Shown piece after piece: positions 29,787 to 39,258 of a stretch of DNA of 64,000 nucleotides. The DNA is from Candidatus Dormiibacterota bacterium (lineage in GTDB: Archaea; Thermoproteota; Bathyarchaeia; 40CM-2-53-6). Under the pieces are notes generated by a model. It worked only from the letters and a program-made list of their open reading frames with translations, was not told the origin of the DNA and did no database searches. A program made the translations under genes and the position numbers. Location: positions 16,421 to 80,420 of the forward strand of contig DASPWZ010000032.1 of NCBI GenBank assembly GCA_035637535.1, given 5' to 3'. Numbering within the stretch: the stretch's first letter is position 1; every line of letters starts with the position of its first letter.

Positions 29787-30314
29787 TTATAGCTTGCTCC
29801 TGTTTCGCTGGACCAAACCCTCGAACGCTGGCTTCAGCCAAGGAGTATAATGGTCAGGATTCTGAGCGAGATCATTCCTGAGTTCACTCGGAGTGACCCA
29901 CTTCCAATCGTCAATTTCCTCAGGATTTGGCTTTGGAACACCGTTGTACTCTCCAATGAATACGTGATCGAATTCGTGTTCTGTTAGCCCGCTCTTCGGG
30001 TCCTTTGCTTTGTAGAGGAAACTGAAGACCTCCTTCAGTTCTGTATCAAATCCGAACTCCTGCTTGAGTTTTCTATGGGCTGCTTTCTCTAGCTCCTCAC
30101 CTTTCAACGGGTGGCTGCAACACCCATTGCTCCAAAGACTTTGAAAATGGTGTTTTGCGTTAGACCTAAGTTGGAGCAACATTTGATTCCTGGAATTGTA
30201 AATGAAGATAGAAAACGCTCGGTGTAGCTTTCCTCCGTCGGAATGAGCCTTCATCTTCTCCTCGTAGCCAATTGGATGATCTTTCTCGTCTACGAGGACA
30301 ACGATTTCAGACAT
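29787..30314 (-). CDS. idi: isopentenyl-diphosphate delta-isomerase, type 1 (Nudix type)
   Basis: 175 aa. Aligns with E. coli Idi (LHRAFSIFIYN..., WSNGCCSHP, EHEFDHVF, YTPWL). Confidence 0.85.
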   Translation of the reverse strand: MSEIVVLVDEKDHPIGYEEKMKAHSDGGKLHRAFSIFIYNSRNQMLLQLRSNAKHHFQSLWSNGCCSHPLKGEELEKAAHRKLKQEFGFDTELKEVFSFLYKAKDPKSGLTEHEFDHVFIGEYNGVPKPNPEEIDDWKWVTPSELRNDLAQNPDHYTPWLKPAFEGLVQRNRSKL

Positions 30315-30578
30315 GCTTCAATTCACTTTTTCGAGGCGATAAAACCTTTCTCGGCTCCCCTCATCGCATTAGAAGAGACGTAGAATATTTCCGAAGTTTA
30401 GCGCCCCTAGTTTCCTACTTTCCTACTTTTAACAACCACCAACCCCTTTCGAGATCTCTTCCCATCATCATCTCCCCGTAGAAATAGTCGAATCCGCTAC
30501 CCCTTCCGCCCCCCGACTATGACGGCTATGAGCAATGTGCAATGTTCAATTATGGGTCCGCACCACCACGGAGACGTC

Positions 30579-32282
30579 ATGTCTTACATCGTCCCCATGA
30601 AAGCTTTGATTATTCTCCTATTGACCGCCACTGGCGGGTCCCTCGGAGGAGTTGCCTACTACTACCAGGCACGAGCTACATCTCTCAATAACCAGGTCTC
30701 AAATCTCAACAACAATGCCAGCTCACTCAGCGACCAAATTGCCGCCCTCAAGGCCGAGATCGCAAATCTCACAAACCAGATCTACCACCTTCAGACGATC
30801 AACTCTCAACTCAACCATACGTCTCTTCAATTCCAATCGCTCGAAACCCAACTCGCAACAGCAAATGCGCAACTCCAGTCGCTGGAAACTCAACTCTCCA
30901 ACGAAATCAGCAAAGTCCAATCGCTAGAATCATCATTCAGCACTCAACTTAGCGCGCTCAGTGCACAGCTGGCACTAGACCAGACCGAAATTACCCAGCT
31001 TCAGGCTCAAATCTCTCAACTTCAGATTCAGCTTCAACAAAAGGGTAGCTTATGCCTCTCAGGGCAGACCGTCACCATCGGTGAACTTCTCGACCTTTCA
31101 AGCGCACTTGCAGCACAAGGCGTGAGGGCCAAGGACGGTTCAGCACTGGCGATAGATGACATCAACTCCTTTCTCGCCGCGGCCGGTTGCAATCTGAAAT
31201 TCGCAGCGTCGGTCAGCGACTATTCTCTAGATAACTCAAGGGCACTCTCCGAGCTGCAGGCCTTTGCGGCGGCAGGAATCCATGTTGTCGTCGGTCCGTT
31301 GAACAGCGGCGCCATCCAATTCATACTTTCGTTCGCAAATGCTAACCACATTGTTCTCATTAGCCCCTCCTCAACTTCTGTTGCTCTCGCGATTCCGAAT
31401 GACTACCTGTTCCGAACTGCTCCAGACGACAGGTGGCAGGGTCAAGCCGATGCAGCCATGCTGAAAGCGGAAGGAGCAACGAAGGTGGTTATTCTCCAAA
31501 GGCATGACAGCTATGGCGACAATTTGGCGAACGCCACGGCTGTCGATTTCGGCGGCATAGTCGATTATGCGGGATGCATTTCCTCGGACAGCGTCTGCGT
31601 CATTCGTTATGATACTTCGGCTACAACTTTTGCCAGTGTAATTCAGCGGTTGTCTGTTGAATTCCAGGCCTTGAACGCGACGAGCCCAAACAGAGTCGGA
31701 ATTGACGCGATCTCATTTGAAGAGTTTGGGGGTATAGTATCTGAGATAAGTCAGAGTTCGTCTACTTCAATCAGAGCTCTTCTTACTGGTAAGCTTCCCG
31801 GCACCGGAGGCGGCCCGACCTCTGTTTGGACCGGCACAGATGGCGAGGCACAAGACACCGTCCTATCCGCTGACCCAACTTCGGGACCCATCATATCCAG
31901 CATCAGGTTGCCCTCAACAATCTATGGCTTCCTCAACAACACCAAAACCGAACGACTCTACACAACCGTTGCCAGCACATATCCGGGAGCATCATGCGAT
32001 TTCTACTGTACGGGCGCGTACGATGATGTCTGGCTCGCCGCCCTTGCGACGCTACAAGTAGGGTCGTATAATGGGACTCGCATAGAAGCTGCGATGCTTA
32101 CGGTCGCAGACAACTACTATGGGGTTACTGGCTGGACCCAGCTTGAACCAAGCGGCGATCGAGTAGCTTCGATCTACGAGATCTGGAAGGTCATCACACC
32201 CAGTGGCGGAGTCCCAACATGGGTGTTCGCTGGTTACTGGGACGCAAGCTCGAACGGATTCTTGGGCTTTAACCCGTACTAG
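30579..32282 (+). CDS. membrane-anchored type I periplasmic-binding-protein (Leu/Ile/Val-binding-like) with long coiled-coil stalk
   Basis: ORF 30519-32282; the likely start is MSYIVP at 30579. One TM, ~140 aa of Q/L/S heptad repeats (LQSLETQL x2), then a PBP-like domain (VVVGPLNSGA..., LISPSSTS, FRTAPDD). Confidence 0.65.
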   Translation: MSYIVPMKALIILLLTATGGSLGGVAYYYQARATSLNNQVSNLNNNASSLSDQIAALKAEIANLTNQIYHLQTINSQLNHTSLQFQSLETQLATANAQLQSLETQLSNEISKVQSLESSFSTQLSALSAQLALDQTEITQLQAQISQLQIQLQQKGSLCLSGQTVTIGELLDLSSALAAQGVRAKDGSALAIDDINSFLAAAGCNLKFAASVSDYSLDNSRALSELQAFAAAGIHVVVGPLNSGAIQFILSFANANHIVLISPSSTSVALAIPNDYLFRTAPDDRWQGQADAAMLKAEGATKVVILQRHDSYGDNLANATAVDFGGIVDYAGCISSDSVCVIRYDTSATTFASVIQRLSVEFQALNATSPNRVGIDAISFEEFGGIVSEISQSSSTSIRALLTGKLPGTGGGPTSVWTGTDGEAQDTVLSADPTSGPIISSIRLPSTIYGFLNNTKTERLYTTVASTYPGASCDFYCTGAYDDVWLAALATLQVGSYNGTRIEAAMLTVADNYYGVTGWTQLEPSGDRVASIYEIWKVITPSGGVPTWVFAGYWDASSNGFLGFNPY

Positions 32283-32388
32283 CAAATCTGACCGGTCAAC
32301 AGTTGAGGACCAGAACAACAACCTCACCGAATCACTGCTTACCGTCGACATGCTATAGTCCGACGTCAAACAGTCGAGCGCTCCGCTT

Positions 32389-32877
32389 TCAGATTCGACG
32401 ATCTGTTAGTACCTTCCAGCCCCTTGTGAGCCAGGGTGCTGCTTTCTGGGATGAAGCAATCGCGTTAACTTCGTCTCTTGTGTGAAATGATGCTCCAGAG
32501 GATTCCGTTGGATCAATCTTGATAGGATCATCACTTCTGCAGGAGAATACTGCAACGATCTCGTTCTCGGGCGGGATGTGGTACGAGAACTTTCCAAGAT
32601 AGGTGAGTGGTGCCGAGATCCCCGTCTCTTCTTTGAGTTCACGTCTTGCTGCTTGTTCGTAGGTTTCTCCGAACGTGACATGGAAGGAGCTTGATGAATC
32701 CCAGCAGTCTGGGAATATCGTTTTGTTGGGGCTCCGATGCTGAAGCAGTATTCTGCCATCGAAGCGAGCCAGGAAGATCATACCAGACCGATGCAGGATC
32801 TGGTCTCGATGAGCCGTTGATCTTTCTACAGATCCAAGAACAGAATCTTCCTTTGTAACATGATACAATAATTCCAA
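32389..32877 (-). CDS. Nudix hydrolase
   Basis: 162 aa. Nudix box GETYEQAARRELKEETGI. Confidence 0.75.
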   Translation of the reverse strand: MELLYHVTKEDSVLGSVERSTAHRDQILHRSGMIFLARFDGRILLQHRSPNKTIFPDCWDSSSSFHVTFGETYEQAARRELKEETGISAPLTYLGKFSYHIPPENEIVAVFSCRSDDPIKIDPTESSGASFHTRDEVNAIASSQKAAPWLTRGWKVLTDRRI

Positions 32878-32971
32878 GTGTTGCCTCGAGGCGCTCTTCG
32901 AGCTCTGGGCGTGTCTGCTTGGCTATGATGCTAGGCTTTGGATTTTTCTCATCGCAATTCAACAATCCCTC

Positions 32972-34000
32972 TTAGGCAGACTGTGATTCGACGCCAGTGA
33001 TATCCATTGAAACCTTGTATGGCGTCCCGCCCTCCCTTCTGAGAACGCGAGACATTCTATCTCGATCCCTAACACTCCGGCAGAGGACCATCATGCAGCC
33101 TCCTCCTCCAGCCCCGGTAAGTTTCGCTCCCAAGCCGCCTGAGCGCCTTGCTACCTCTACCAAGTGGTCGAGTTTGGGATGGGAAACGCCGATCTTTCGA
33201 AGAAGATCGTGATTCTGGTACATGAGCACACCGAGGTCTTCGTCGTCGCCCTTCCTTAACGCCTTGACGACTCCATTGGAAATGTCGCGAACTTTCGCAA
33301 TGTAATCACGAAAGTCCTCCTTCTCTCTGTGAGATTTCCGAACAACACCTCCTACAAGTGTCCCAGTTGCATGGTGAATGCCAGTGTCACAGACGACGAT
33401 TGCAGGCTCTTTCTCCAGTCGAACGGTTTTCACATTTGACGGACGATTGAACCGAATCAAGCCTCCGTAGATACACGCAGCTTGGTCTACTCCCGAGGGT
33501 TTGCCGTGAAGGAAGTTTTCCGGCACGAAGGCGAGCTTGAAGATCTTCTTCCTGCTCAGTTCTATCCCCCTCGACCTCGCTACGGCCGAAATTATTGCCA
33601 CGGTTGTCGATGCTGACGAGCCGAGGCCCGCCGCGACAGGAATCTCACACTCCACATTCACCCGAAGTCCGCGGTCTTTAGCGCCAACCTGTTTCAAGGT
33701 GGCTTCAGCCGCGAGCTGAAGAGGGCGTAGAAGCTGTCGAGGATCAGGAACCCCCGAGTTTCGATTCTTCCCAGCGAGAAATCGAAGCGGAATGTCCGCA
33801 TCGACATCTACTCCTGAACTATTCTTGGGTGTTACCTGGACCTCAGAGTATAGGTTGATGGCCATAGCTACGGCGGGCGCGCCGAGGACTACGAAGTGTT
33901 CTCCGGCTAGGATTATCTTGCCTGGGGCTCGTGAAATTGCGGGGGAAAGATCGTCGGTCGGCCGCGAGGATTCTTCACTTCTCAAATGAAGCTGCGGCAT
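32972..34000 (-). CDS. mvk: mevalonate kinase
   Basis: 342 aa. APGKIILAGEHFVV, GHMP motif PVAAGLGSSAS, KLTGAGGGGC. Confidence 0.85.
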   Translation of the reverse strand: MPQLHLRSEESSRPTDDLSPAISRAPGKIILAGEHFVVLGAPAVAMAINLYSEVQVTPKNSSGVDVDADIPLRFLAGKNRNSGVPDPRQLLRPLQLAAEATLKQVGAKDRGLRVNVECEIPVAAGLGSSASTTVAIISAVARSRGIELSRKKIFKLAFVPENFLHGKPSGVDQAACIYGGLIRFNRPSNVKTVRLEKEPAIVVCDTGIHHATGTLVGGVVRKSHREKEDFRDYIAKVRDISNGVVKALRKGDDEDLGVLMYQNHDLLRKIGVSHPKLDHLVEVARRSGGLGAKLTGAGGGGCMMVLCRSVRDRDRMSRVLRREGGTPYKVSMDITGVESQSA

Positions 34001-34823
34001 AGCCTACCACTGCGCTCTTGTTCCCGGTGACGTCTCCACTAGTCTGATAGGAGAGTAGATTCCCACTCTTTGCTCCGCGGAGCTTTGCCGCGTGGATCAT
34101 CGCGGTAACTGGACCGTATCCGCAAGCCGAGACGGAGCGTTCCTCGATTATTTCCTGGAATTTTTTCTCGTTCATTTGCAGCGCTTCTTCGATCGCTTGC
34201 TCGTCCTTGGATTGAGCTTGCTCTTGTGGTTCGTAATGGGTCCAGTCCGAGGAAGCTAGGACGATGGCCCGATGATTCTCCGCCGCTTTTGCTATAGCCT
34301 CGCCGACTTCGATGCTGGTCTGAAGGTCTTGGAGCATCATGCAGATGGGAACGAACTTGAATCGTCTCGGATAGATGAATTGCAAGAATGGCAGCTGAAC
34401 TTCGATGGAGTGCTCGTTTCTGTGAGCCTCGTCTTCGACGTCTACCAAGTGGGAGCTGTCGACGATTTCTTGAGCGAGATCCGTGTCTATGGGCACGTCT
34501 CCTAGAGGGGTGCTCCATTCGCCCTCAGTCATTGTCGATACTCCGCTTCCAATCCCTGTATGGTTGGGTCCGAGGATGATTATGGACTCGAAGATTCCAG
34601 CCGACGCCAGGAGGTAGTAGCTGTGTGCCGCGACGGGTCCAGAGTACCTGTAGCCCGCGTGTGGAACTATCAATCCTAGTAGGTTCTGGTTTCGCGTTCC
34701 AGGAGTCGTCGGTATGGCTCCTGGTCCCAAGGGATGGAGGAACGACTGTTGGATCTGGGTTCTTAGGGCTCCTTCAGTGTCCGGGTAGAAAGTTCCTGCT
34801 TGAGCTGGAAGGCGCCTTTTCAC
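33975..34823 (-). CDS. MEMO1 / AmmeMemoRadiSam system protein B family
   Basis: 282 aa. AGTFYP and IVPHAGYRYSG motifs. Confidence 0.8.
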   Translation of the reverse strand: MKRRLPAQAGTFYPDTEGALRTQIQQSFLHPLGPGAIPTTPGTRNQNLLGLIVPHAGYRYSGPVAAHSYYLLASAGIFESIIILGPNHTGIGSGVSTMTEGEWSTPLGDVPIDTDLAQEIVDSSHLVDVEDEAHRNEHSIEVQLPFLQFIYPRRFKFVPICMMLQDLQTSIEVGEAIAKAAENHRAIVLASSDWTHYEPQEQAQSKDEQAIEEALQMNEKKFQEIIEERSVSACGYGPVTAMIHAAKLRGAKSGNLLSYQTSGDVTGNKSAVVGYAAASFEK

Positions 34824-35497
34824 GCCTCGCCACCCGAAGCTCGTCCCACAGGCATGGCGGCGAGCTTCGTCTCGAAATCGTCTATCGTCAACGGGATTGT
34901 CCCTTCCTGTGGGATTTCTCCTCTCTCTCTGAGAATTTGGCGGGCTAGCAACCAGTAAACCACCGCCAGTGCTCTCCGTCCCTTGTTGTTTACTGGAATT
35001 ACTAGGTCAACTCCCGAGAATACGTTGTCTGTGTCACAGAGTGCGATGACTGGTATGCCAACGGCTGTTGCTTCTTTGATGGCTTGCCAGTCAGCCCTCG
35101 GGTCCGTTACCAGTACTACTTGCGGTTCGGCATGTTTTGGCTGTAGTGGATTGGATATGAGACCAGGCATGAATCGGCCAACAATCGGCATGGCCTTGGT
35201 CAGCTCGGCAAATCTGTCTATCGGAGTCTTGCCATAGAGTCTTGATGATACGGCCAGTACTCGGCCCGGTTCGAACCGCGCCATGAACTTGGCGGCTACT
35301 CGGATCTTCTCATTCGTCTCTCCGATGTTTAGTATGAAGAGCCCGTCGGGTCTGACTCGAAAAATGTACTTCTCCATATCCACCGTTTTGATCCGGGTTC
35401 CAATGTGGAGACCCGCGGCCAAGAGCTCTTCCAGCGAGAGGAGAAGGTTCTCCGCTCGGGGGATTGCTTCTCTATCCTCAAACTCTTGGCTCTCCAT
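34820..35497 (-). CDS. rps2: 30S ribosomal protein S2 (uS2)
   Basis: 225 aa. LLAAGLHIGT..., VTDPRADWQAIKEA. Confidence 0.93.
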   Translation of the reverse strand: MESQEFEDREAIPRAENLLLSLEELLAAGLHIGTRIKTVDMEKYIFRVRPDGLFILNIGETNEKIRVAAKFMARFEPGRVLAVSSRLYGKTPIDRFAELTKAMPIVGRFMPGLISNPLQPKHAEPQVVLVTDPRADWQAIKEATAVGIPVIALCDTDNVFSGVDLVIPVNNKGRRALAVVYWLLARQILRERGEIPQEGTIPLTIDDFETKLAAMPVGRASGGEA

Positions 35498-35509
35498 TCG
35501 ACCAAGATC

Positions 35510-35734
35510 CTAAGCGAGTTCAGCCCGTCTCTTCGCGGTCACTTGCGGATATTTCAGAAACTCGTCGATTAGCTCGACATGAGTTATGAGCATTCGTCTA
35601 CAGCAGTATCGCCTGATTCCTAGTTCGTCGAGGACTTTCTGGGGCTTGTCGCCTGCTCTTACCCTCTGATTGAAGGTTTCCCACCTGTCAGCGATCTGCT
35701 TCCCACAGGTAAAGCATCTTACTGGTATTATCAT
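35510..35734 (-). CDS. rpoN: DNA-directed RNA polymerase subunit N (Rpo10)
   Basis: 74 aa. [12 protein letters not shown]...RYCCRRML. Confidence 0.93.
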   Translation of the reverse strand: MIIPVRCFTCGKQIADRWETFNQRVRAGDKPQKVLDELGIRRYCCRRMLITHVELIDEFLKYPQVTAKRRAELA

Positions 35735-35745
35735 CGCGCAACCAT

Positions 35746-36156
35746 TTACCTGTACGATTTCTGTTTTCTTCTTCGCGCGCTGGGTCCGCCGAACTTTTTG
35801 GGTTCTGCGACTCTCTGGTCTCCAGCTATCATGACTCTATCGTAGGCGAGGAACGTCTTTCTCAACTCACTGCCCTTCGTCCAGCCTGCCAACGCCCGGG
35901 CTATAGCTATGCGTGCAGCTTCTGCCTGAGCCATCACTCCGCCACCCTCGATGCTGACTCTAATATCGACGCCCTTCGACCTATCCCCGGCGATCAACAA
36001 TGGCTCCTCGATCTTCATTCTTGCAACTTCTGGATACATGTGATCGAGCGATTGATCATTGATGTAAATGCGTCCCTTCCCGGGTCTCATTACTGCTCTC
36101 GCTATTGCAGTTTTCCTCTTGCCTGTTTCAAGCGAGAGTTTCTTCTTCTCGCTCAC
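35746..36156 (-). CDS. rps9: 30S ribosomal protein S9 (uS9)
   Basis: 136 aa. [20 protein letters not shown]-terminus ...RRRKQKSYR. Confidence 0.93.
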   Translation of the reverse strand: MSEKKKLSLETGKRKTAIARAVMRPGKGRIYINDQSLDHMYPEVARMKIEEPLLIAGDRSKGVDIRVSIEGGGVMAQAEAARIAIARALAGWTKGSELRKTFLAYDRVMIAGDQRVAEPKKFGGPSARRRKQKSYR

Positions 36157-36611
36157 TGTGGATAGCCTCCAATCTCACCGGATAATTGGGCGATCGTGAT
36201 GTAAGGAACTCTCAGTCTTGAGGCGTCAGCGTCAGCGACTCTGGTTGCTGGACGATCCTGATATTCGCTCGGGGTCCCGATGTAGACTTTGACTCTATGG
36301 AAAGCGTCTTTGCCTCCTGGTTTTTTCCAAGGTAGCATTCCCCGTATGACTCTTCGGACGTAACCGTCAGGCTTGCGCGGATGCGTCGGGCTTTTTTCCA
36401 AGTTTCCGAGCGTTCGAGTCTTTAGTTTGAGCTTAGCTCTTGCGACAACTCGCTGTTTGGTCCCGGAAATGACTGCGCGTTCTGCGTTGATGACCACCAT
36501 GCTTTTTCCGTCAAGGGCCTTCTTGGCAACGTAACTAGCCATTCTTCCGAGGATAAGATTGGAAGCGTCAACAATCTCTTCGGGTTGGGCGACGGCTACT
36601 GTCTTTTTCAC
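36153..36611 (-). CDS. rpl13: 50S ribosomal protein L13 (uL13)
   Basis: 152 aa. DASNLILGRMASYVAKKAL. Confidence 0.93.
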   Translation of the reverse strand: MKKTVAVAQPEEIVDASNLILGRMASYVAKKALDGKSMVVINAERAVISGTKQRVVARAKLKLKTRTLGNLEKSPTHPRKPDGYVRRVIRGMLPWKKPGGKDAFHRVKVYIGTPSEYQDRPATRVADADASRLRVPYITIAQLSGEIGGYPQ

Positions 36612-37243
36612 TTTTCAGAAATTCCTCCGAGTCCTTCCTCGAATCCCAAGGTTTTCGCGCTGATGAGCCGAGCGGCGTCTAGAACCAACTTCTCGGGCGG
36701 TAGGGTTCCAGTTGATTCGACAAAAAAATTGAAAGTCTTCGCCTTCGGGTCGTAGCTGTAGGTGCATGCTGATGCTGGTTGCCACTTTGCATGGTCTCTT
36801 CCCCTTCCAAGCCGCGCGTATGCTTCAAGCTTGATTCTCTGGCCTTGAGCCAATTTAACGATCGGGACCTTGTCGGAGACTGGTTTCACTTCGGGGTTCT
36901 CAGGTTTCAGGTTTGAGGTGTACACAACCTCAACAGGGTCCGAGGCCTCGACTTCTAAAGAGAGTGATGCTCTGCACTTTTCGCACCCGAGTTCGCTCTT
37001 GCAAGTGCATTCCTCGGGAAGATTGTAACTCTGATCGGTTGTGATGGGGATGAGTCCGAGGCGGTGGGCCAGAATCTCATCGTACATGACCGAACTGTTT
37101 TCAAGAATCATGACGTCCTCGATCGCCATCACCGGGACTTCGGCGAGGATTATGCGGCGAAGCGCGTTGGCAAATGCCGGGGAGACATCAGAGAGGACAA
37201 AACGTATAGTGTCTTGTTCTTTGGTAAGGAGCTTTATGTCCAT
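36608..37243 (-). CDS. rpoD: DNA-directed RNA polymerase subunit D (Rpo3)
   Basis: 211 aa. FANALRRIILAEVPVMAIEDV. Short form; the Cys cluster is reduced. Confidence 0.9.
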   Translation of the reverse strand: MDIKLLTKEQDTIRFVLSDVSPAFANALRRIILAEVPVMAIEDVMILENSSVMYDEILAHRLGLIPITTDQSYNLPEECTCKSELGCEKCRASLSLEVEASDPVEVVYTSNLKPENPEVKPVSDKVPIVKLAQGQRIKLEAYARLGRGRDHAKWQPASACTYSYDPKAKTFNFFVESTGTLPPEKLVLDAARLISAKTLGFEEGLGGISEK

Positions 37244-37468
37244 CTAGTTATCATGCTTCCAACGCGAAGTGTCCAGCCGAACCGGTCGGACTTTATTTAA
37301 AGCTGACGAGTTTTACGAGGATTTTGAACGCAATTATCCAAATTCTATCATGATCGTAGCACTTGATACTGCTCGTCGTCTTCCCGGCCTCGCTTCACAT
37401 CATGCTGCACGGAGCCATGCTGGGAAAATGAAGGAGGGGCCATTGCAGTTTCGGTTGATCATGATTGA

Positions 37469-38014
37469 CTAGGCGACGCCGGCGACGATTCCAAAGTATA
37501 CGCTTACGAGGCCTACGACTATGGCGATGGGTGGGAAGGCAAGGATCGAGCCGATCGTCTCGAGAATGTCTTCCACAAATCTCAGAAGGGTGTAAAGGAT
37601 CAGAGTAATGATCAGGAAAATTATGCCCAGTTCAAGATTGTTCAGCAAGCCCGGAAACGCAACTCGGAGATAAGCCGCGACAAGTATTCCGATGCCGAGG
37701 GAGATCAGTGATGCCCAGCGCAGGTTTTTCAGAGGACGGGAGATAAGTAGTATTCCGAGGACTGCCATGATGGGGAGATAGTACTTGAGATATGGATAGT
37801 TCGAGTTTGTATTTGGCTCGAATACTATCCCGAATATGTTAGAGAGAAAGTTGAGACCGAGTGCCAGATCTATGGCCACTATGATTACAGCTATGCCTAC
37901 AAAGAAGCCGATGATCGACAGGAAGCGCGCGAGATCCTTTGATGCGCGTTTGAAGAGCGGTGCGGTTGCGCATACTCCTCCGACTATGAGGAGGATTGCT
38001 GTGGAGACGACCAT
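37469..38014 (-). CDS. hypothetical polytopic membrane protein (sits where S11 normally is)
   Basis: 181 aa, 5-6 TM helices, no ribosomal-protein similarity. Confidence 0.55.
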   Translation of the reverse strand: MVVSTAILLIVGGVCATAPLFKRASKDLARFLSIIGFFVGIAVIIVAIDLALGLNFLSNIFGIVFEPNTNSNYPYLKYYLPIMAVLGILLISRPLKNLRWASLISLGIGILVAAYLRVAFPGLLNNLELGIIFLIITLILYTLLRFVEDILETIGSILAFPPIAIVVGLVSVYFGIVAGVA

Positions 38015-38056
38015 TGGTACCGAGTCTGTTTCGAAGCTTGAGGTTTAAGCAGGTTG

Positions 38057-38743
38057 CTACTGTTTCTCTGTTCCGGGCTCCGCAGGTGCTTCCTCTTCGG
38101 TCTCGGTCTCTGGCATTACGAGGGGTTCTTCGGCCAAGACTTCTTCCTTAACTTCAGGTGGGACTTCGGGAAGAACGGGAGCAGTCGGGGGCGCTACTTC
38201 CTCTATGATTCTAGAGATTCTCTTGCCTGTTGCCGCCGCTCTGGCAGGGTGTTGAGCATTGCTGAGGGGGCTGCGGGCGTGGAAGGCTATTCTGGATTCT
38301 TGTTCGCGTTGAACAATGTAACTTGGCACAGAGACAACGTCTCCGGCGATGCTGATGTGTCCGTGAGTGACGAACTGGCGTGCCTGGTGGATTGACTTGG
38401 CGAGACCTGTTCTATGCACTATTGTCTGTAGTCTGCGTTCCATTAGATCTTTGACGTTGAGGTCTAGAATGTTGTCGACGGTTGCTGATTCTGGGAGGAT
38501 TCCGAGTCTTGCGAGTCGTTTCAGGTACTGGCTTTCGAGTGGGCCTCGTTCCCCTGCTTCTGCGCCGAGTAGTGTTCTAGCGATACCTCTGATTTGTGAG
38601 AGCTCGGTCTCATGGCCGCGTAGTTCTCTCTTGTTTCGTAGTCCGTATTCGCCGACTAGGTGGAGTTCTTCCTCAAGCTGGTCTTTTCGCCATGGGTGGC
38701 GCGGAGTCTGGTAGGCTTTTCTAGGCTTTCGTGGATCTCCCAT
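38057..38743 (-). CDS. rps4: 30S ribosomal protein S4 (uS4) with acidic/Pro-rich C-terminal extension
   Basis: 228 aa. MGDPRKPRKAYQTPRHPW... plus an S4 domain. The last ~50 aa are EEVAPPTAPVLPEVPPEVKEEV... Confidence 0.93.
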   Translation of the reverse strand: MGDPRKPRKAYQTPRHPWRKDQLEEELHLVGEYGLRNKRELRGHETELSQIRGIARTLLGAEAGERGPLESQYLKRLARLGILPESATVDNILDLNVKDLMERRLQTIVHRTGLAKSIHQARQFVTHGHISIAGDVVSVPSYIVQREQESRIAFHARSPLSNAQHPARAAATGKRISRIIEEVAPPTAPVLPEVPPEVKEEVLAEEPLVMPETETEEEAPAEPGTEKQ

Positions 38744-38757
38744 GGCATTACCCTTGT

Positions 38758-39258
38758 CTACTTTTTCTCTTCTTCTTTCTCCTTCCTCCCTGCAGCTCTT
38801 GCTGCTTCCATGAGAACCTTCTTCTTCACTCCTACTGCCTTTCCTGATCTGCCTGTGGTTCTTGTTCTCTGGCCTCGGACTTTGAGGCCGAGGGAGTGTC
38901 GGATTCCCTTCCAGCTCTTGATGTCTTTCATGAGGTCGATGTCAGATTTGATCTTCAGAGCCAAATCAGCCCCAACAAGATGCATGTCTCGACCGGTCTC
39001 GATGTCCTTGCGTCTGTTGACCATTCTAGGGGGTATGCCGTGTTTCAGAGGATCTTTGATTACGTCTTCTACTCTTGACAATTCGCCGTCTGAGAGGGCT
39101 CCCATGCGGGCTTCGGGGTTGATCTTTGCTGCTCTGACGACTGCAAAGGCAAGGTTGGGTCCTACGCCGCGTATCTTGCCGAGACCGTAGGCTACTTTCT
39201 TGGTCCCGTCTATGTCGGTTCCCATGAAGCGGAGTATGAGCCTGAACTCTCGGGACAT
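38758..39258 (-). CDS. rps13: 30S ribosomal protein S13 (uS13)
   Basis: 166 aa. GTDIDGTKKVAYGLGKIRGVGPNLA. Confidence 0.93.
   Translation of the reverse strand: MSREFRLILRFMGTDIDGTKKVAYGLGKIRGVGPNLAFAVVRAAKINPEARMGALSDGELSRVEDVIKDPLKHGIPPRMVNRRKDIETGRDMHLVGADLALKIKSDIDLMKDIKSWKGIRHSLGLKVRGQRTRTTGRSGKAVGVKKKVLMEAARAAGRKEKEEEKK

Noticed and set aside
34039-34518. 159-aa Arg-rich minus-strand ORF
   Set aside because: It is an alternative frame of the MEMO-family gene, and its extreme Arg/Ser bias is typical of off-frame translation.
38054-39190. Several plus-strand ORFs (113-176 aa)
   Set aside because: They are antisense to rps4 and rps13.
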